Source: Haliotis cracherodii
Lineage: Eukaryota
Direction of reading: 5' to 3'
DNA: 64,000 nucleotides
Assembly (NCBI RefSeq): GCF_022045235.1
Contig: NW_027266269.1
Location: forward strand, 17,174,001 to 17,238,000
Shown here: piece by piece, positions 1 to 12,849 of the stretch
How positions within the stretch are numbered: the stretch's first letter is position 1
Layout: each line of letters begins with the position of its first letter
Notes under the pieces: model-generated
Told to the model about the DNA's origin: nothing
The model's database searches: none
What the model saw: only the letters and a program-made list of their open reading frames with translations
Made by a program: the position numbers and the translations under genes

Positions 1-1730
1 CTATGATATAGACGGTTGACTGAGATCTGTGTTATAGATGGTAGACTGAGATATGTGTTATAGATGGTTGACTGAGATCTGTGTTATAGATGGTTGACTG
101 AGATCTGTGTTATAGATGGTTGACTGAGATCTGTGTTATAGGTGGTAGACTAAGATCTGTGTTATAGGTGGTAGACTGAGATCTGTGTTATAGATGGTTG
201 ACTGAGATCTGTGTTATAGGTGGTAGACTGAGATCTGTGTTATAGATGGTTGACTGAGATCTGTGTTATAGATGGTTGACTGAGATCTGTGTTATAGATG
301 GTAGACCGAGATCTGTGTTATAAATGGTAGACTGAGATCTGTGTTATAGATGGTAGACCGAGATCTGTGTAATAGATGGTAGACTGAGATCTGTGTAATA
401 GATGGATGACTGAGATCTGTGTTATAGGTGGTAGACTGAGATCTGTGTTATAGGTGGTAGACTGAGATCTGTGTTATAGATGGTTGACTGAGATCTGTGT
501 TATAGGTGGTAGACTGAGATCTGTGTTATAGATGGTTGACTGAGATCTGTGTTATAGATGGTTGACTGAGATCTGTGTTATAGATGTGAGACTGAGATCT
601 GTGTTATAGATGTGAGACTGAAATCTGTACTATTGATGGCAGACTCAAATGTGTTATGTATGGGAGACTGAAGTCTGTGTTATAGATGTGAGACTGAAGT
701 CTGTGTTATAGATGTGAGACTGAAATCTATGTTATGTATGGGAGACTGAGATCTGTGTTGTATATGGGAGACTGAAGTCTGTGTTATAAATGTGAGACTG
801 AAATCTGTGTTATAGATGTGAGACTGAAATATGTGTTATAGATGTGAGACTGAAGTCTGTGTTATAGATGTGAGACTGAGATCTGTGTTATGTATGGGAG
901 ACTGAGATCTGTGTTGTAGGTGGTAGACTGAGATGTGTGTTTTAGATGTGAGACTGAAGTCTGTGTTATGTATGGGAGACTGAAGTCTGTGTTATAGATG
1001 TGAGACTGAAGTCTGTGTTATGTATGGGAGACTGAAGTCTGTGTTATAGATGTGAGACAGATCTGTGTTATAGATGGGAGACTGAAATCTGTACTATTGA
1101 TGGCAGACTCAAATGTGTTATGTGTGTGAGACTGAAGTCTGTGTTATAGATGTGAGACTGAAGTCTGTGTTATAGATGTGAGACTGAAGTCTGTGTTATA
1201 GATGTGAGACTGAAATCTGTGTTATAGATGTGAGACTGAAGTCTGTGTTATAGATGTGAGACTGAAGTCTGTGTTATAGATGTGAGACTAAAGTCTGTGT
1301 TATAGATGTGAGACTGAAGTCTGTGTTATGTATGGGAGACTGAAGTCTGTGTTATAGATGTGAGACTAAAGTCTGTGTTATAGATGTGAGACTGAAGTCT
1401 GTGTTATAGATGTGAGACTGAAGTCTGTGTTATAGATGTGAAACTGAAGTCTGTGTTATGTATGGGAGACTGAAGTCTGTGTTATAGATGTGAGACTGAA
1501 GTCTGTGTTATAGATGTGAGACTGAAGTCTGTGTTATAGATGGGAGACTGAAGTCTGTGTTATAGATGCGAGACTGAGATCTGTGTTATAGATGGGAGAC
1601 TGAAATCTGTACTATTGATGGCAGACTCAAATATGTTATGGATGGAAGACTGAGATTTGTTTTATGGATGGGAGATTGAGATCTGTGTTATTTGTGGGAG
1701 ACTGAGATCTATGATGTAGATGTGAGACTG
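1..1730. repeat. 26-bp minisatellite (ACTGAGATCTGTGTTATAGATGGTTG grading into ACTGAAGTCTGTGTTATAGATGTGAG)
   Basis: Tandem copies are directly visible; the array runs off the window start and ends about 43 bp before a coding exon. Confidence 0.97.
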
Positions 1731-1773
1731 ATTTCTATCAGTATGTTATAAGTTATGTATTTTCTTGTTGTAG

Positions 1774-1851
1774 GAGAAGGAGAAGAAGAAGTTTTTTGGC
1801 AGTAGTTCCTCTAAGAAGGAAGTGCCTATCTCTGACCCAGCCACTGCTGAG
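1774..1851 (+). CDS. Internal coding exon of an unidentified gene (EKEKKKFFGSSSSKKEVPISDPATAE)
   Basis: Acceptor tttcttgttgtag, donor GAG|gtaact, 78 bp, open in phase 0, and joins in frame to the exon at 4707. Confidence 0.7.
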
Positions 1852-2204
1852 GTAACTTTGAAAGTTGTTATCAGCAAACACAGTAAAGCTGCAAAATATG
1901 TAAATGTTCGTCTTGGGAATGTTGATGAGGCTTTTATCAAACAGTGCAGGAAACATACATTATACATTACTTCTGTTAGTGGGTATAAATTACAAACCTC
2001 ACATGGATACCAAATGTTTATCTAATTGGACACCATGTACATCAATCTTATGAAGATCTGATGACACAGCCATAGGTCGCGCCAAGTTTACTTCCTAATA
2101 AGCCAATCAGTGTTGTGGCTTCTAAATTCTGGGGACGAGTTAGCAAAGTATTCAGACAGGCATTTCTGATTTGTGTATCTCGACAAAGAACTTAACACGA
2201 CCAT

Positions 2205-2755
2205 CAGAAGGTCGGGGGTTCGATCCTCGGCCGCTTCATACCAAAATACATTAAAAGATCGTGCTTGGTTTTAAGGGGATAAAACAAGGACGGGTCTGCT
2301 CGGAGACAGTGTTCTGTATCTAAGTGGGGTGTCCATGTTAAACTGTGGCATAGTATTTCATGGGTCTAGCACTATAAATGCGACAGAAGTCTGGAGAAAT
2401 AGACTGCCTCAATGGTCTAGCGGTAGAACGTCCGTCCAAAAAGCAGAAGTTCCAGGGTTCAGTCACCAGCCGCATCATACTAAAAGACGTTAAAAGATGG
2501 TACTTGTTGTAAACCCGGCATTAAGATGCTAAAACAAGGACTGGTCGACTTGGGAGTCAGTACACTGTGTCTGCGTGGGGTATTCATGTTAAACTGCATG
2601 GGATCTCAGTAGGCTAGCACTATAAATCGGCATCAGTCTGGACTAGTAAAAGCAGACCCACACAGGCACTCACACATGCGTGCATGTCGCTTATATAAGT
2701 GCAATAATCTTGGACGCAATGTTAAACCCCATTTCACCTCACCTCACCTCACCTG
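2205..2755 (+). mobile_element. Two tandem degenerate tRNA-derived SINE copies (Meta-domain-like body)
   Basis: A-box-like TGGTCTAGCGG and B-box-like GGTTCGATCC/GGTTCAGTC, conserved CATACCAAAA...TTAAAAGATGGTACTTG body, and tail ...GTTAAACCCC followed by (CACCT)n. Confidence 0.7.
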
Positions 2756-4136
2756 GACAAGTACAGGCATGCAAGGTCACTATATATATATATAAGTGCA
2801 ATCAGCTTGACTGCGATGTTAACCCCATTTGAGGCAATGAGTCCTGGAAGTTAAGAGTGCCAGTATAAGAATGAAGACTGCACTTACTATACAACAGTAG
2901 CCATGTGGGGCCAGGCTCAATAATAAGGTACATGTGGTGAAGGAAACGGTTGTCTACCGATCATGGTCCAAACAAGGCATTAGATATATTTATGATGTTG
3001 ATGAAAAGGGACGCTCTCCATCATTTGTACAATCATGGAGAATTATAACATTAAAATTAATTATGTCAACTAATGAGCCTGATCCACTCTATCGGAATAC
3101 TGTCGACAACAGAACATCCAGAAGCTGAAGAAACTTAGTAACCCAATTTTACCATCAATTATTTCATCTGTTACAAACCATGAAATGTTCCCAATATTTC
3201 TAAAAACTAATTATGGACATGATTACCAAGAACCATTACTTTCCTGCTAAGATGTGAAATCTGCGAAGCAAATCATGAACATTAAAATCCTACACCGTTT
3301 AGGTGTACATAGTCATGTACATTTAAGTGGTTTCAATACCAACAAATTCTACCTACAAATTGGCTTGTGTACAAGACGGGAGACATGGACAGTGACATGT
3401 GTAGGTATTGCTCACCTGTCTTAGGAATGTATGCCCCTTCTGGTCCAATAGGAAAAAAATGGCTTCTTAATGAAGGGCAAATGACCATTCATATCTGAAA
3501 AGAAACCATGTTGCTTGAATATTGTTTACAAAACAATAATCCATAATATTGGTGCTGACAAAAGTTATTTTTAACAAAAGAATCAAACACAGATTCCGAT
3601 ATTCCTGTTTATCATACAATGGGTAGGTTTCTCGGCAGGATAAAGCCAACGGATAAAAACGATATCCGTTGGGGTCATATGCGGATAGAGATGCAAATAT
3701 CAAAGGTCAAGTAGGGACTACTTTCACTGTTTATAAACAAACATGGCGTCGCCCTCGTCATTCGGCAATCGAGTCAGAATTAACCATCGGGAATCTGGAT
3801 AAACTACAGGGATAATTGCTATCATTATCAAAAGAACAATCTAATATACTGAAAATCAGTGTCTAAATGTGACGTAGCTAAGGCATTTTATAAGTTTTGG
3901 CAACCTTGTAGATATAAATTTCGAAACAATTTTATGAGGGCATCAGCAGTCATATATGTGCTTGAAACCTTCTCCACAAATGAAAATAGTTGGATTTGGC
4001 CGAAATATGTTTGAATTGTTACCATGTTTTGTTTTGTCGCTGTGTGTACATCTGACTACACTTCTTAACGTTATGACAGGACAGATCGACTGTCAACGTC
4101 TGACTGTGGTCGTGACGTCTCATAAACTAGGGTTAG

Positions 4137-4376
4137 AGTGTGTGTTTGGGGATGGTAAATATCCTCGGCCGCTTCATACCAAAATACATTAAAAGATTGT
4201 GCTTGGTTTTAAGGGGATAAAACAAGGACGGGTCTGCTCGGAGACAGTGTTCTGTATCTAAGTGGGGTGTCCATGTTAAACTGTGGCATAGTATTTCAGG
4301 GGTCTAGCACTATAAAGGCTCGCTAAATACAATGTTTATTCCTAATGCAGGATATTTACCATCCCCAAACACACTC
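4137..4376. repeat. 26-bp inverted repeat pair enclosing a 156-bp near-identical copy of 2223-2378
   Basis: GTGTGTTTGGGGATGGTAAATATCCT ... AGGATATTTACCATCCCCAAACACAC. Segment 4161-4316 matches 2223-2378 with 2 visible mismatches. Confidence 0.85.
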
Positions 4377-4706
4377 GCGTGATAACCTCTATAAATCCAA
4401 CAGGAGCTCACTCAATATCATTTATGAACAAAGTACATTACAAATGTAAACTATGACACTGGATATTTCAACAAGTACTGGTCAAGCTGTCCTTTACTCT
4501 TCTCGTAATGCACCACAACTATATGTGTAATATACACACTTATACCAGGAAAGTGCAACAGAATATAAAGTTACAAACAATCATCATGTCAGCTACAACT
4601 TTCAAACTATACAAGGTGTGCCTGGTATGTGTTATGTAATACAATGCATGTGTTGCTGTGTCTACATGGTACTTATTTCATGAAATTATTGTGGGTTTTC
4701 TTCCAG

Positions 4707-4751
4707 CGAATCGTCACAAAGATTGAAGAGGCTATGGCCAGAATGAAGTAA
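4707..4751 (+). CDS. Terminal coding exon of the same unidentified gene (RIVTKIEEAMARMK*)
   Basis: Acceptor gttttcttccag, phase 0, helical-looking C-terminus, then TAA. Followed by UTR-like sequence with AATAAA at 5011. Confidence 0.65.
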   Translation, partial: RIVTKIEEAMARMK

Positions 4752-7392
4752 TGTGTGTAGGAGCTGTCAGAACCAAGTCCTTCTTCCTTGGCTGGAGTCC
4801 AGTGCAGCCAGGCTGGGCAGGCTGGGGAGCCCAGTACACTCCTCTGTGTTTGCATGAAGTGCCGACCTGTACTCTCTATGTCTGAAAGGTTGTGTCTTGT
4901 ATTCATGACTACGGTGAAAGACAAGATTACCTGAAATCCGTTTGATGAAACAATGGCAGATATGATATTTTCATGATTTGGCCCCACATGGGATAGAGAA
5001 TATATATGTCAATAAATGATATTAATCGACACATCAGGGTAAAGCTTGTCTGGTAAATGCTGTAGTGCTATCTACTTCAACTGAGTAGTGCTAATGTCCC
5101 CTTGTTTTGAGCCAGTCTATTTTGTTCTAAACAGTCCCATCAACCCCTATGTTGCCATGGAATAGCTGTAAAAGTAATGAAAGCCAAGAATGTTGTAGCT
5201 GATGGTTGTGTCCAGCTGTCTGTCAGCGACATGTCCATGTTTCTTTTGTTTTGAAGACTAGTCATTGTTTAGATGCTTGATTTGTTATCCCGACCCACAC
5301 GAGAGTGTGTTGTGGAGTATTCCTGTGGTAGCCCTGACAATGCTCAGTCCTGTGTGAACAACGTGCACATCATGTCACATTTCCTGTCTTGCCAAGTGTT
5401 TGGGAGAAACCTTGCATTCTTGAATCTGGTAGATAATGAAATGTATGTCACAGTGATTAAATGAATGTAATGGACAGGATTCAAAGCAGTTGTTAGAACA
5501 AGAGGTGTTCTTGTGTTATCGCCTTATATAACCACCCCAGCAATATTGTGTGTTGTGCTACATATGCATGTGTTCTGCTTCACCTATGGTGCTATTCATT
5601 TGCTTGTTTCCATCTAGGTAGTCTGCCCGGATCACACACTGTCGTATATCTATGTCTACTCTGCTGTCATTTATTCCACAGTTTTTTGTGTGACAAGCAG
5701 TTTCAGGCATATATGAAATATATATTATGCTATTTGGGGTGTTAATATTTTAGTTAATATTTGTACATGAAGCGATCATGTACATCTTTATAAAATGTAT
5801 GAAAACATTATATGAATATAGTGTTGAATTGAACGATTTTGCTGACATTCGTCAATATGCAAGCTGCTGAACTCTGCCTGGCCTTACACCAGTATTGGTG
5901 AGGGAGCCAGGGCGAGGTCTCATGGTTCAACCGACTGTTCCAGCAGTATTCCCCCTGGTTGCTTGGCTTGGCTGGCTCTACACGGAGACGCAGCCACAAG
6001 CCTCATTCACCAGCGTTGTGGGTAAATCACAGCTAGGTTCTGGGAGAGCTTGCACCAAGTGTAGCTATGCAGACCAAGCAGTGCCCCTGTCTGTTGTGTG
6101 TGTGTCGTCTGCTACTCTCTAGAGTTGTGACAGGGTATTAGCTGAACATCATGCAAAAATGATTATCTATACAGTGTGATGTTATTTAATTTCTTTTGAT
6201 ATAATTCAAGTTTTATGACACTTTGTTGTAAGATTCTGTATATTTTAGTGGAACTGATTTCTTGAGTTTTATTTTCCTTTGTTGTGATTTTATAGTTTAA
6301 ATGCTTTTGAAGGCAGCATATTTCCCTATGTGAGGCATGGTAGTGCTCCAGTATGTCGCCCCAATGAGACAGGTCCAGCTTCAGGCCTCATCCAGCCTGT
6401 CACATACTCCATACAAGTATTACCTTTTGGTCATGAAGGATTTATTTATGGGCAAATTTGAACAGCATAATGTGTCAATATGTTTGCAACTTGCAGGCCT
6501 AGGTATACCGGGGTAGTTGTGCTTCGATAAAAAAAATGATGAAATCCCAAAATGCTATGCTTTCTGCATTTTCAATTTTTTTCTCCCTTTTCTGTAGCGT
6601 TGTATTTTATGGGATTTAAAGGTTTCAAGTCTTAAATGATGTTTGAGGTGTGATGAAAAAACTTAACATGTGTCAGTTGATCTCATTTCTAGCTGTCACA
6701 AATAATGACCCTACTCCTGACCCCTGAGCTCCCTTCAACTTCTTGTTCATGTCCCTCCCTGTAACAGGAATTCAGCTTTAGTCCAGTCCCGGTATTTACC
6801 CCCATCAGTGTCGGCGGCCTGCAACCTGCCTTCTAACCGTAATAGTTCTAATTCAGTATGCATGTTTATTCATATCGCCTAAAGGGACTTCTGAATAATA
6901 CCTTGTCTTTCAACTCTCCTGTATACTTTTCTATTTTTTTTCTATGTGTAGTAACTTACAAATGTGTGTGAGCTTGTATCGTGAGTCCCCCAAGCACACA
7001 GAAGGGCCCGTGACTGGGGCCCACATACAGCAGCCCCACCCCGCATGTGCTGGGCGGGGGACATTATATCCCAGTACTAACTAGCAATATTATGTAAAGC
7101 TTTTACTGTAGTGAAGTGGGCTGTGGTCCGTGTGGGGACAGGGAGATGCACCTGCATGGTGGTGGCTGTAGCATTGCTAGAGGACTGTAGTGGAGGCTTG
7201 TTAGAGCAACACAACCCATGGTGGTATCATGCACACCTAACAGTGTAATGTGTAGTAGAATGAATGTATTTTAATTCATGCCAGCCATTTTGAAATTAAA
7301 CAGTAAAATGTTGTTTTTGTTTAGTTGATTTGTTGATATATACTGATCGTGTATACTACAAGTGTCAGAAACGTGTAGGAACATGCCAGAGT

Positions 7393-7826
7393 TACAGTGC
7401 CAGAAACATGCATTGTAACAACAGTGCTGGGAACATGCATTGTAACAATAGTGTCAGGGACATGCATTGTAACAACAGTGCCGGGAACATGCATTGTAAC
7501 AACAGTGTCGGGAACATGCATTGTAACAACAGTGCCGGGAACATGCATTGTAACAACAGTGTCGGGGACATGCATTGTAACAATAGTGTCAGGGACATGC
7601 ATTGTAACAACAGTGCCGGGAACATGCATTGTAACAACAGTGTCGGGGACATGCATTGTAACAACAGTGCCGGGAACATGCATTGTAACAACAGTGCCGG
7701 GAACATGCATTGTAACAACAGTGTCAGGGACATGCATTGTAACAACAGTGTCGGGAACATGCATTGTAACAACAGTGCCGGGGACTTGCATTGTAACAAC
7801 AGTGTCGGGGACATGCATTGTAACAA
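7393..7826. repeat. 27-bp minisatellite (GGGAACATGCATTGTAACAACAGTGCC), about 16 copies
   Basis: Direct tandem repeats; they explain the four overlapping repetitive ORFs at 7321-7870. Confidence 0.97.
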
Positions 7827-9574
7827 ATGAGCCACCAGGAACTCAGAAACCGTTCAAAGAACACTGGTAGTTATATAAACAGGGCTATTTATACCAGAAA
7901 ACAAAAACGTGATCATTAAGACACACTTAGAGTACAATTAAAGCCAATCAGGCAAAGGTCAAAACAGAAACTTGCCGTTCACAGATACCTTTGTAATATC
8001 GACATTAGTGCATTATTAGTAGCCATTATGAATGTCCTCAGAGTTTCAGTCAAGGGTTTCTTCACTTGTCCATTAGTATTGGACTTAAAGAATTATCATT
8101 TTCAATATGTCCTGCGTGTCATCGTCTTCAACAAAGTAAACATTTTAAAAAATCAAAATGGTCACTGCTACAGCTCGTTTTAGTGGAAATACTGCCTCTT
8201 GCCAACCTATTCTCAGTCACCATTGAGCATTGTCTTCAGATTTGCAGAAGATTATTATTGAAAACGTCAAGCGTGTCCTGCTCGTTCTTCACTCCGTTCG
8301 GGTACTCATGACGCCGATAAACGAACGCAACAAAGAAACGAAACAACTGCTGTATTATTGTAGAATGGTAATGAATGCCCTGCACCAAATCAGTATACCC
8401 AGTTTGTTGTGCTCAGCAACAACAATTTGAAAAGATGTATAAGAAACTATGATGTTTTGAAATGCGACAATGATATTGTCCACTTACAGGATGGGTCTCC
8501 CCGCACTAGGGAAGTGTAGCATTACGTGGCGTGTCGGGTACCCTTTCCTGTGTGCCTGCCCTGAGATAGGGGTCTACAGACTCATGCAGTGTGTGATGGG
8601 AGCCATGGCCCACTCCTTGATTGGAATTGTGAATCGAACTCTGCCTCTGTGGTTGTGATATGGCAAGGCCAAGATATGATTTCCACTGTCAACAACTTGA
8701 TGACGTCATCAAGAGGTCCAATGACTGACAGTACATGTGCAGAGGGTCTCCCTATTGAGATATACCATCATACGGAACACATGAGTTTTGTCAGTGCAAC
8801 ATTTTATGCACAAAAACAATTAAATAACAAATCCAGTCTTAGATATTTTTATTTTCCCATAAAAGTTTCAGCCCTACGGATGTTAATGACTACTTTACGC
8901 TAGATTAGGCTCACATTTAGTCTCTGAAATGAAAACATTAAAGGATAGTATATTTGTTGAATTGTCTGTCAATACATGATACGAAGGAGCCAAGAGCATG
9001 CTTTCACTATTTTGCCTTTTGCCTTTTACCCATAATGAAAGATGTTTCGGCAGATATTCGAGATTGATTATCTTGGGCTAACATTATATATTGATTATCA
9101 GGCCTGATGACATTAACACTTGCCTCACTAGCTAATTGTTACTTGAATGGGCTGTTTGAGTGCCTGGTATTATATATGACTACTCTGGATTCGTCGTGTG
9201 TGCGTGAGTTCTTGCGTGCGTGCGTGCTGGAATATATGCGTTTTGAGAGGATGCGGAGGGCTTCCTTGAACCAGTGCTGTGGCACATTTACCCAGTGTAT
9301 TCCAAGTATGGTGTCTGTTCTGTCTCTGAAACCTCCTGGAACGAGACTGGAATAGTAAAATGACGAGTTATGAAACGTCAGCCATATTATGTTGTTTATT
9401 ACTCAATTCATCACAGTTTTGTAAAGTTGTCGATTTAAGCTGAAATTATTCGTACTCTAGGGTGCACAGTCAATATGTGTAATCGGGGCTCGCGGAAGGA
9501 GAATACACCAGGTACTATGTTGAGAAGAAATTATCCACAAGGATTGGTTGACAAGTTCTAATAAACAAGTTTCT

Positions 9575-9900
9575 TTGATGAATGAATGTACTCTCTCCTG
9601 GGAAATGCCTACTGAGCTAGCAATATGACGCTCAGTCATTGGCCTGTTAGTCATCACCATATATATCGTGGATTGCCTGGATCACTTCTGGTGTTGCTGA
9701 AGTGACAGGCCTTCCAGGACGGGGGTCGTCTTCAAGGCTCTCCCGGCAAGGGGCATCCTCCCGTGGTGGCTTTTGGTGTTAAACCCTTTGTTCTGCAGTT
9801 ACTTTGTCCACTTTCCAAAGGTCACGGACCACAGCTTATTTTACTGATTTGTCACAGCGAAACTATTTGCTCAGCTGACACTTGATTTTGCGGATATACC
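9575..9900 (-). pseudogene. Degenerate mariner transposase N-terminal fragment
   Basis: Minus-strand translation GRESLEDDPRPGRPVTSATPEVIQAIHD / MVMTNRPMTERHIASSVGISQERVHS is typical of the mariner HTH-linker-HTH region; frameshifted. Confidence 0.75.
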
Positions 9901-10404
9901 TCAAAGACGTCATATTGCACAATTACGCAGTTCCTTCTCAGAACTTAACAAACAACCATGAACCATGTCCTTGTACCAACGCAACTTGTGGTCCACAACA
10001 ATGTCTGCAATCACACACCTTGCGGCAGCTTCATCAATTTACAATGCATGCATTAAAATTTGAGTTTACAAATGCTTTCCTATTTAAAGTTATCCTACTA
10101 AAAATAGGTAAAGATCCTTAACTCATTTGAGTAATAAACTACATGTTTCATGCTCGATACTAGTACCATGCTCAAGCCGGTCAATGGACCAGCGTGCACT
10201 CAGTTTTCACTGTCATCTCCCGGGGGATGACCGAAGCGGTCTGTGAACTGCGAAAAGGTCGGGACGTAATATATAATGAAGTTATATTCTGAGACAGTTT
10301 TGAATGTTTCCCTTTTTGAATGAGTATCGTTATGGTCGTTGGCCTGCATTACACAACAACAAGCTTTACAGAAAGAATCTTCAGCTCTTGGCAAGAGCGG
10401 CCAG

Positions 10405-10619
10405 CTACAGTTGGAAGTCGCCAGCTATTTTGGGCATGGCGATCTCGCAGATGAAGGACTTTTTTTTGGAGCAGGGGGACGGGTTCATGGCTCCACCCTT
10501 GGTGATCTCCAGGCATGTCTGATCTACCAAATGTTTGGCCATGTCGGGGATAATCGCCCCGTCCAGCCAGCGCCACACGCTTGCCACCTCTTCGCCCCCG
10601 AGGTAAGTGTTGGAGCCCA
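10405..10619 (-). CDS. PAN-CTLD protein, last exon (C-terminal half of a C-type lectin domain)
   Basis: Acceptor gcctttcag, phase 1. LGSNTYLGGEEVASVWRWLDG...CLEI...PCSKKKSFICE shows the WxWxDG and FICE CTLD motifs; stop at 10405-10407. Confidence 0.85.
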
Positions 10620-10710
10620 CTGAAAGGCCACAACGTTCAAACATGAAAGGTCTATGAAAAAACAATAACACATTGTAAGTACTTCACATACGTAGACACA
10701 ATTATCATAT

Positions 10711-10935
10711 CAGTACACCATTCCACCCTCCACTGTGGAGGACAGAGTGTATACGTACATTATGACACCATGGGTGTTTGTGGGGGTGGGGGTGGGGGTG
10801 GGGGTGGGGGTGGGGGTGTCACTGTGGAGGACGGAGTGTATACGTACATTATGACACCATGGGTGTAAGTGTGTGTGTGTGTGTGTGTGTGGGGGGGGGG
10901 GGGGGGTCACTGTGAAGGAGGGAGTGTATACGTAC
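10711..10935. repeat. Imperfect tandem repeat with (GGGGGT)n/(GT)n/poly-G expansions in the CTLD intron
   Basis: Three copies of CACTGTGGAGGAC.GAGTGTATACGTACAT, which includes the reverse complement of the donor site. Confidence 0.8.
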
Positions 10936-11109
10936 ATCCTTGCACTACTGTGGTGAGGAATGACAGCGCATATTCATCCTTGGGCATAGCTAGGTCGGCC
11001 CCATACTGCTGGCAGATGCTGCGGGACGCCTCGAAGGTCATTTTCTGGACAATCACCTTGATGCAGATGTTGTACACGTCGACGAAGGTAAAAGACGAGA
11101 TGCACGGAT
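10936..11109 (-). CDS. PAN-CTLD protein, middle exon (N-terminal half of a C-type lectin domain)
   Basis: attacag acceptor, gtacgt donor, phase 1-1. DPCISSFTFVDVYNICIKVIVQKMTFEASRSICQQYGADLAMPKDEYALSFL matches the CTLD C..T(F/W)..A...C...G..LA pattern. Confidence 0.88.
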
Positions 11110-11283
11110 CTGTAATCCATACTGGTCATCAATTTTATTAATAATGAATACAAGTACAGTCACTTGAGTGAGTGAGTGAGTGAGTGAGAGATGTTTAACA
11201 GTATTTCAGTCATGTCACTACGTGTCAGCCTACGTTTAGGAGACAAGCCTTGGGATATGCTGGGATTCCTTTACATCACATTG

Positions 11284-11455
11284 AGGGGTGGTCGGGTAGC
11301 CTAGTGGTTAAAGCGTTCGCTCGTCACGCCGAAGACCCGGGTTCGATTCCCGACATGGGTACAATGTGTGAAGCCCATGTGTGGTGTCCCCTGCCGTGAT
11401 ATTGCTGGAATATTGCTAAAAGCGGCGTAAAACCATACTCACTCACTCACTCACT
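11284..11455 (+). mobile_element. tRNA-derived SINE family A, full length
   Basis: A box TAGCCTAGTGG, B box GGTTCGATTCC, tail GCGGCGTAAAACC plus (ACTC)n; flanking ATCACATTG duplication. Second copy at 52940. Confidence 0.9.
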
Positions 11456-11659
11456 TCTATCACATTGGATGTCCAAGTTACCACGAGAAGAAACAGTCTG
11501 CTGCCAGGTTTAATTGATAGGCCTTGATACCCATCTGTGTCTACATGTCTAATAAAGGAATTCCGAAGTTTAATTCATAAATATGTGTTCAGGGTATCAC
11601 TGGATATCAGTCTCAAGACCGATAAGTAATTCTAGTCACCGGTCTCTCAGCAATCTTGA

Positions 11660-11772
11660 CGAGGACACTTGCACAAAGAGATCTTAGCGCTAAGATGATC
11701 GTAACTCCCATACTTTAACATAGGCTTCCGATAGTCTTAGCGCTAAGATCGCTTTCTGCAAGTGGACCCAGG
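11660..11772. mobile_element. Short palindromic MITE (about 110 bp; TCTTAGCGCTAAGA core), possibly Harbinger-like
   Basis: Inverted symmetry; related copies at about 44467-44575 and 61858-61950. Confidence 0.6.
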
Positions 11773-12082
11773 ACACTTGACCTGTGTAGGACGAGGGACT
11801 GCTAGTTATATGGGTTGAATTCCATCTATAGTGTTAACATTGACCAATTTGACGAGGCAATAACATGTTACTGACACATGTAGTAATCAAAACGTTTCAA
11901 GTGTGTGCTGTGGCTATCGCCACGCGCCCGCGTTACATATCGTTTCAAATTATTGTGTGACAGAATTTCTTTGGATAGGTGACAAAGCTATGCAGAGACT
12001 TGTCCAGGGTATCTATGACAATAGATTGGAGGTACTGCTGGATGTGAGTGACATCGGTCCATCACACACGCCTACAGCCCAC

Positions 12083-12344
12083 CTGCTCGACTGTAGTACT
12101 TATAGCCAGTGCTGAGGACTGTCTGGGAGATGTCGGGTCTGACGAGGCCGTCCACGAGGCTGCAGAGTCCGTCACTGTCGCGGTAGTAGAAGGAGAAGCA
12201 GGTGGAGGACACGGAGGAGCAGAGCTGGCCACAGTGGAGCTTGCTGCTGGCCCGGAAGGGTCCGGGCAGTGACATCAGGGCGACATCTCTCGCCACCAGC
12301 ATGTACACCAGGGCTGTCGATGTCATCTCCGCTGTTGTGTGAAA
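12083..12344 (-). CDS. PAN-CTLD protein, PAN/Apple domain exon
   Basis: ttgtttctctag acceptor, GCAG|gtgggc donor. SKLHCGQLCSSVSSTCFSFYYRDSDGLCSL is the PAN C-x3-C...C-x-SF-x-Y...C-x-L signature, and the phase matches the next exon. Confidence 0.85.
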
Positions 12345-12849
12345 CTAGAGAAACAAGCATAAACAGTACAGGATACTACTAAACTTATACGAAATATACC
12401 TGTAATGTTTTTCTCTAAATAACATTGGTGATTCTGCCAGGTAGATCCTCGGATGAGTGAGTGCGTTGGGTTGAAAGCCGCATTGAACAGTATCTGCGTT
12501 ATATCCCACCTTAATGTTAGAGGAATGACCATAGTGTGACAGGTCCTAGATGTTTAACACTTTTATAAAAATGATTTCTTTCTATAAACATAAGACATCT
12601 CTGCTAAACGCACGAGCATGGGCATGGGGCGGACATCACAAACGGAGTTCCAGATCAAATGCGTCTTTGTGAGAACAATAACCCGACTAATTTGGAGTTA
12701 ATACGCACGAAACATTCCAAAAACCAAACTGAGTAATTACCCGGCGTAGACTTTTCAGCTTGTCAACCCGAACATCGTTACACATTATTATTTCCTGGTC
12801 GAATGCAGGCATCGCCAATACACAAACTGTGCTGCAGTGAATAATGCAC

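Noticed and set aside
3416-3495. Minus-strand exon-like segment with good AG/GT signals, near a YY1-like AAACATGGCG at about 3739
   Set aside because: No convincing protein or partner exons, and it lies within the intron of the plus-strand gene; left uncalled.
7321-7870. Repetitive ORFs on both strands
   Set aside because: Translations of a 27-bp minisatellite that is open in several frames.
11284-11360. Apparent tRNA gene
   Set aside because: It is a SINE head: it continues into body and tail, has a TSD, and a second copy lies at 52940.
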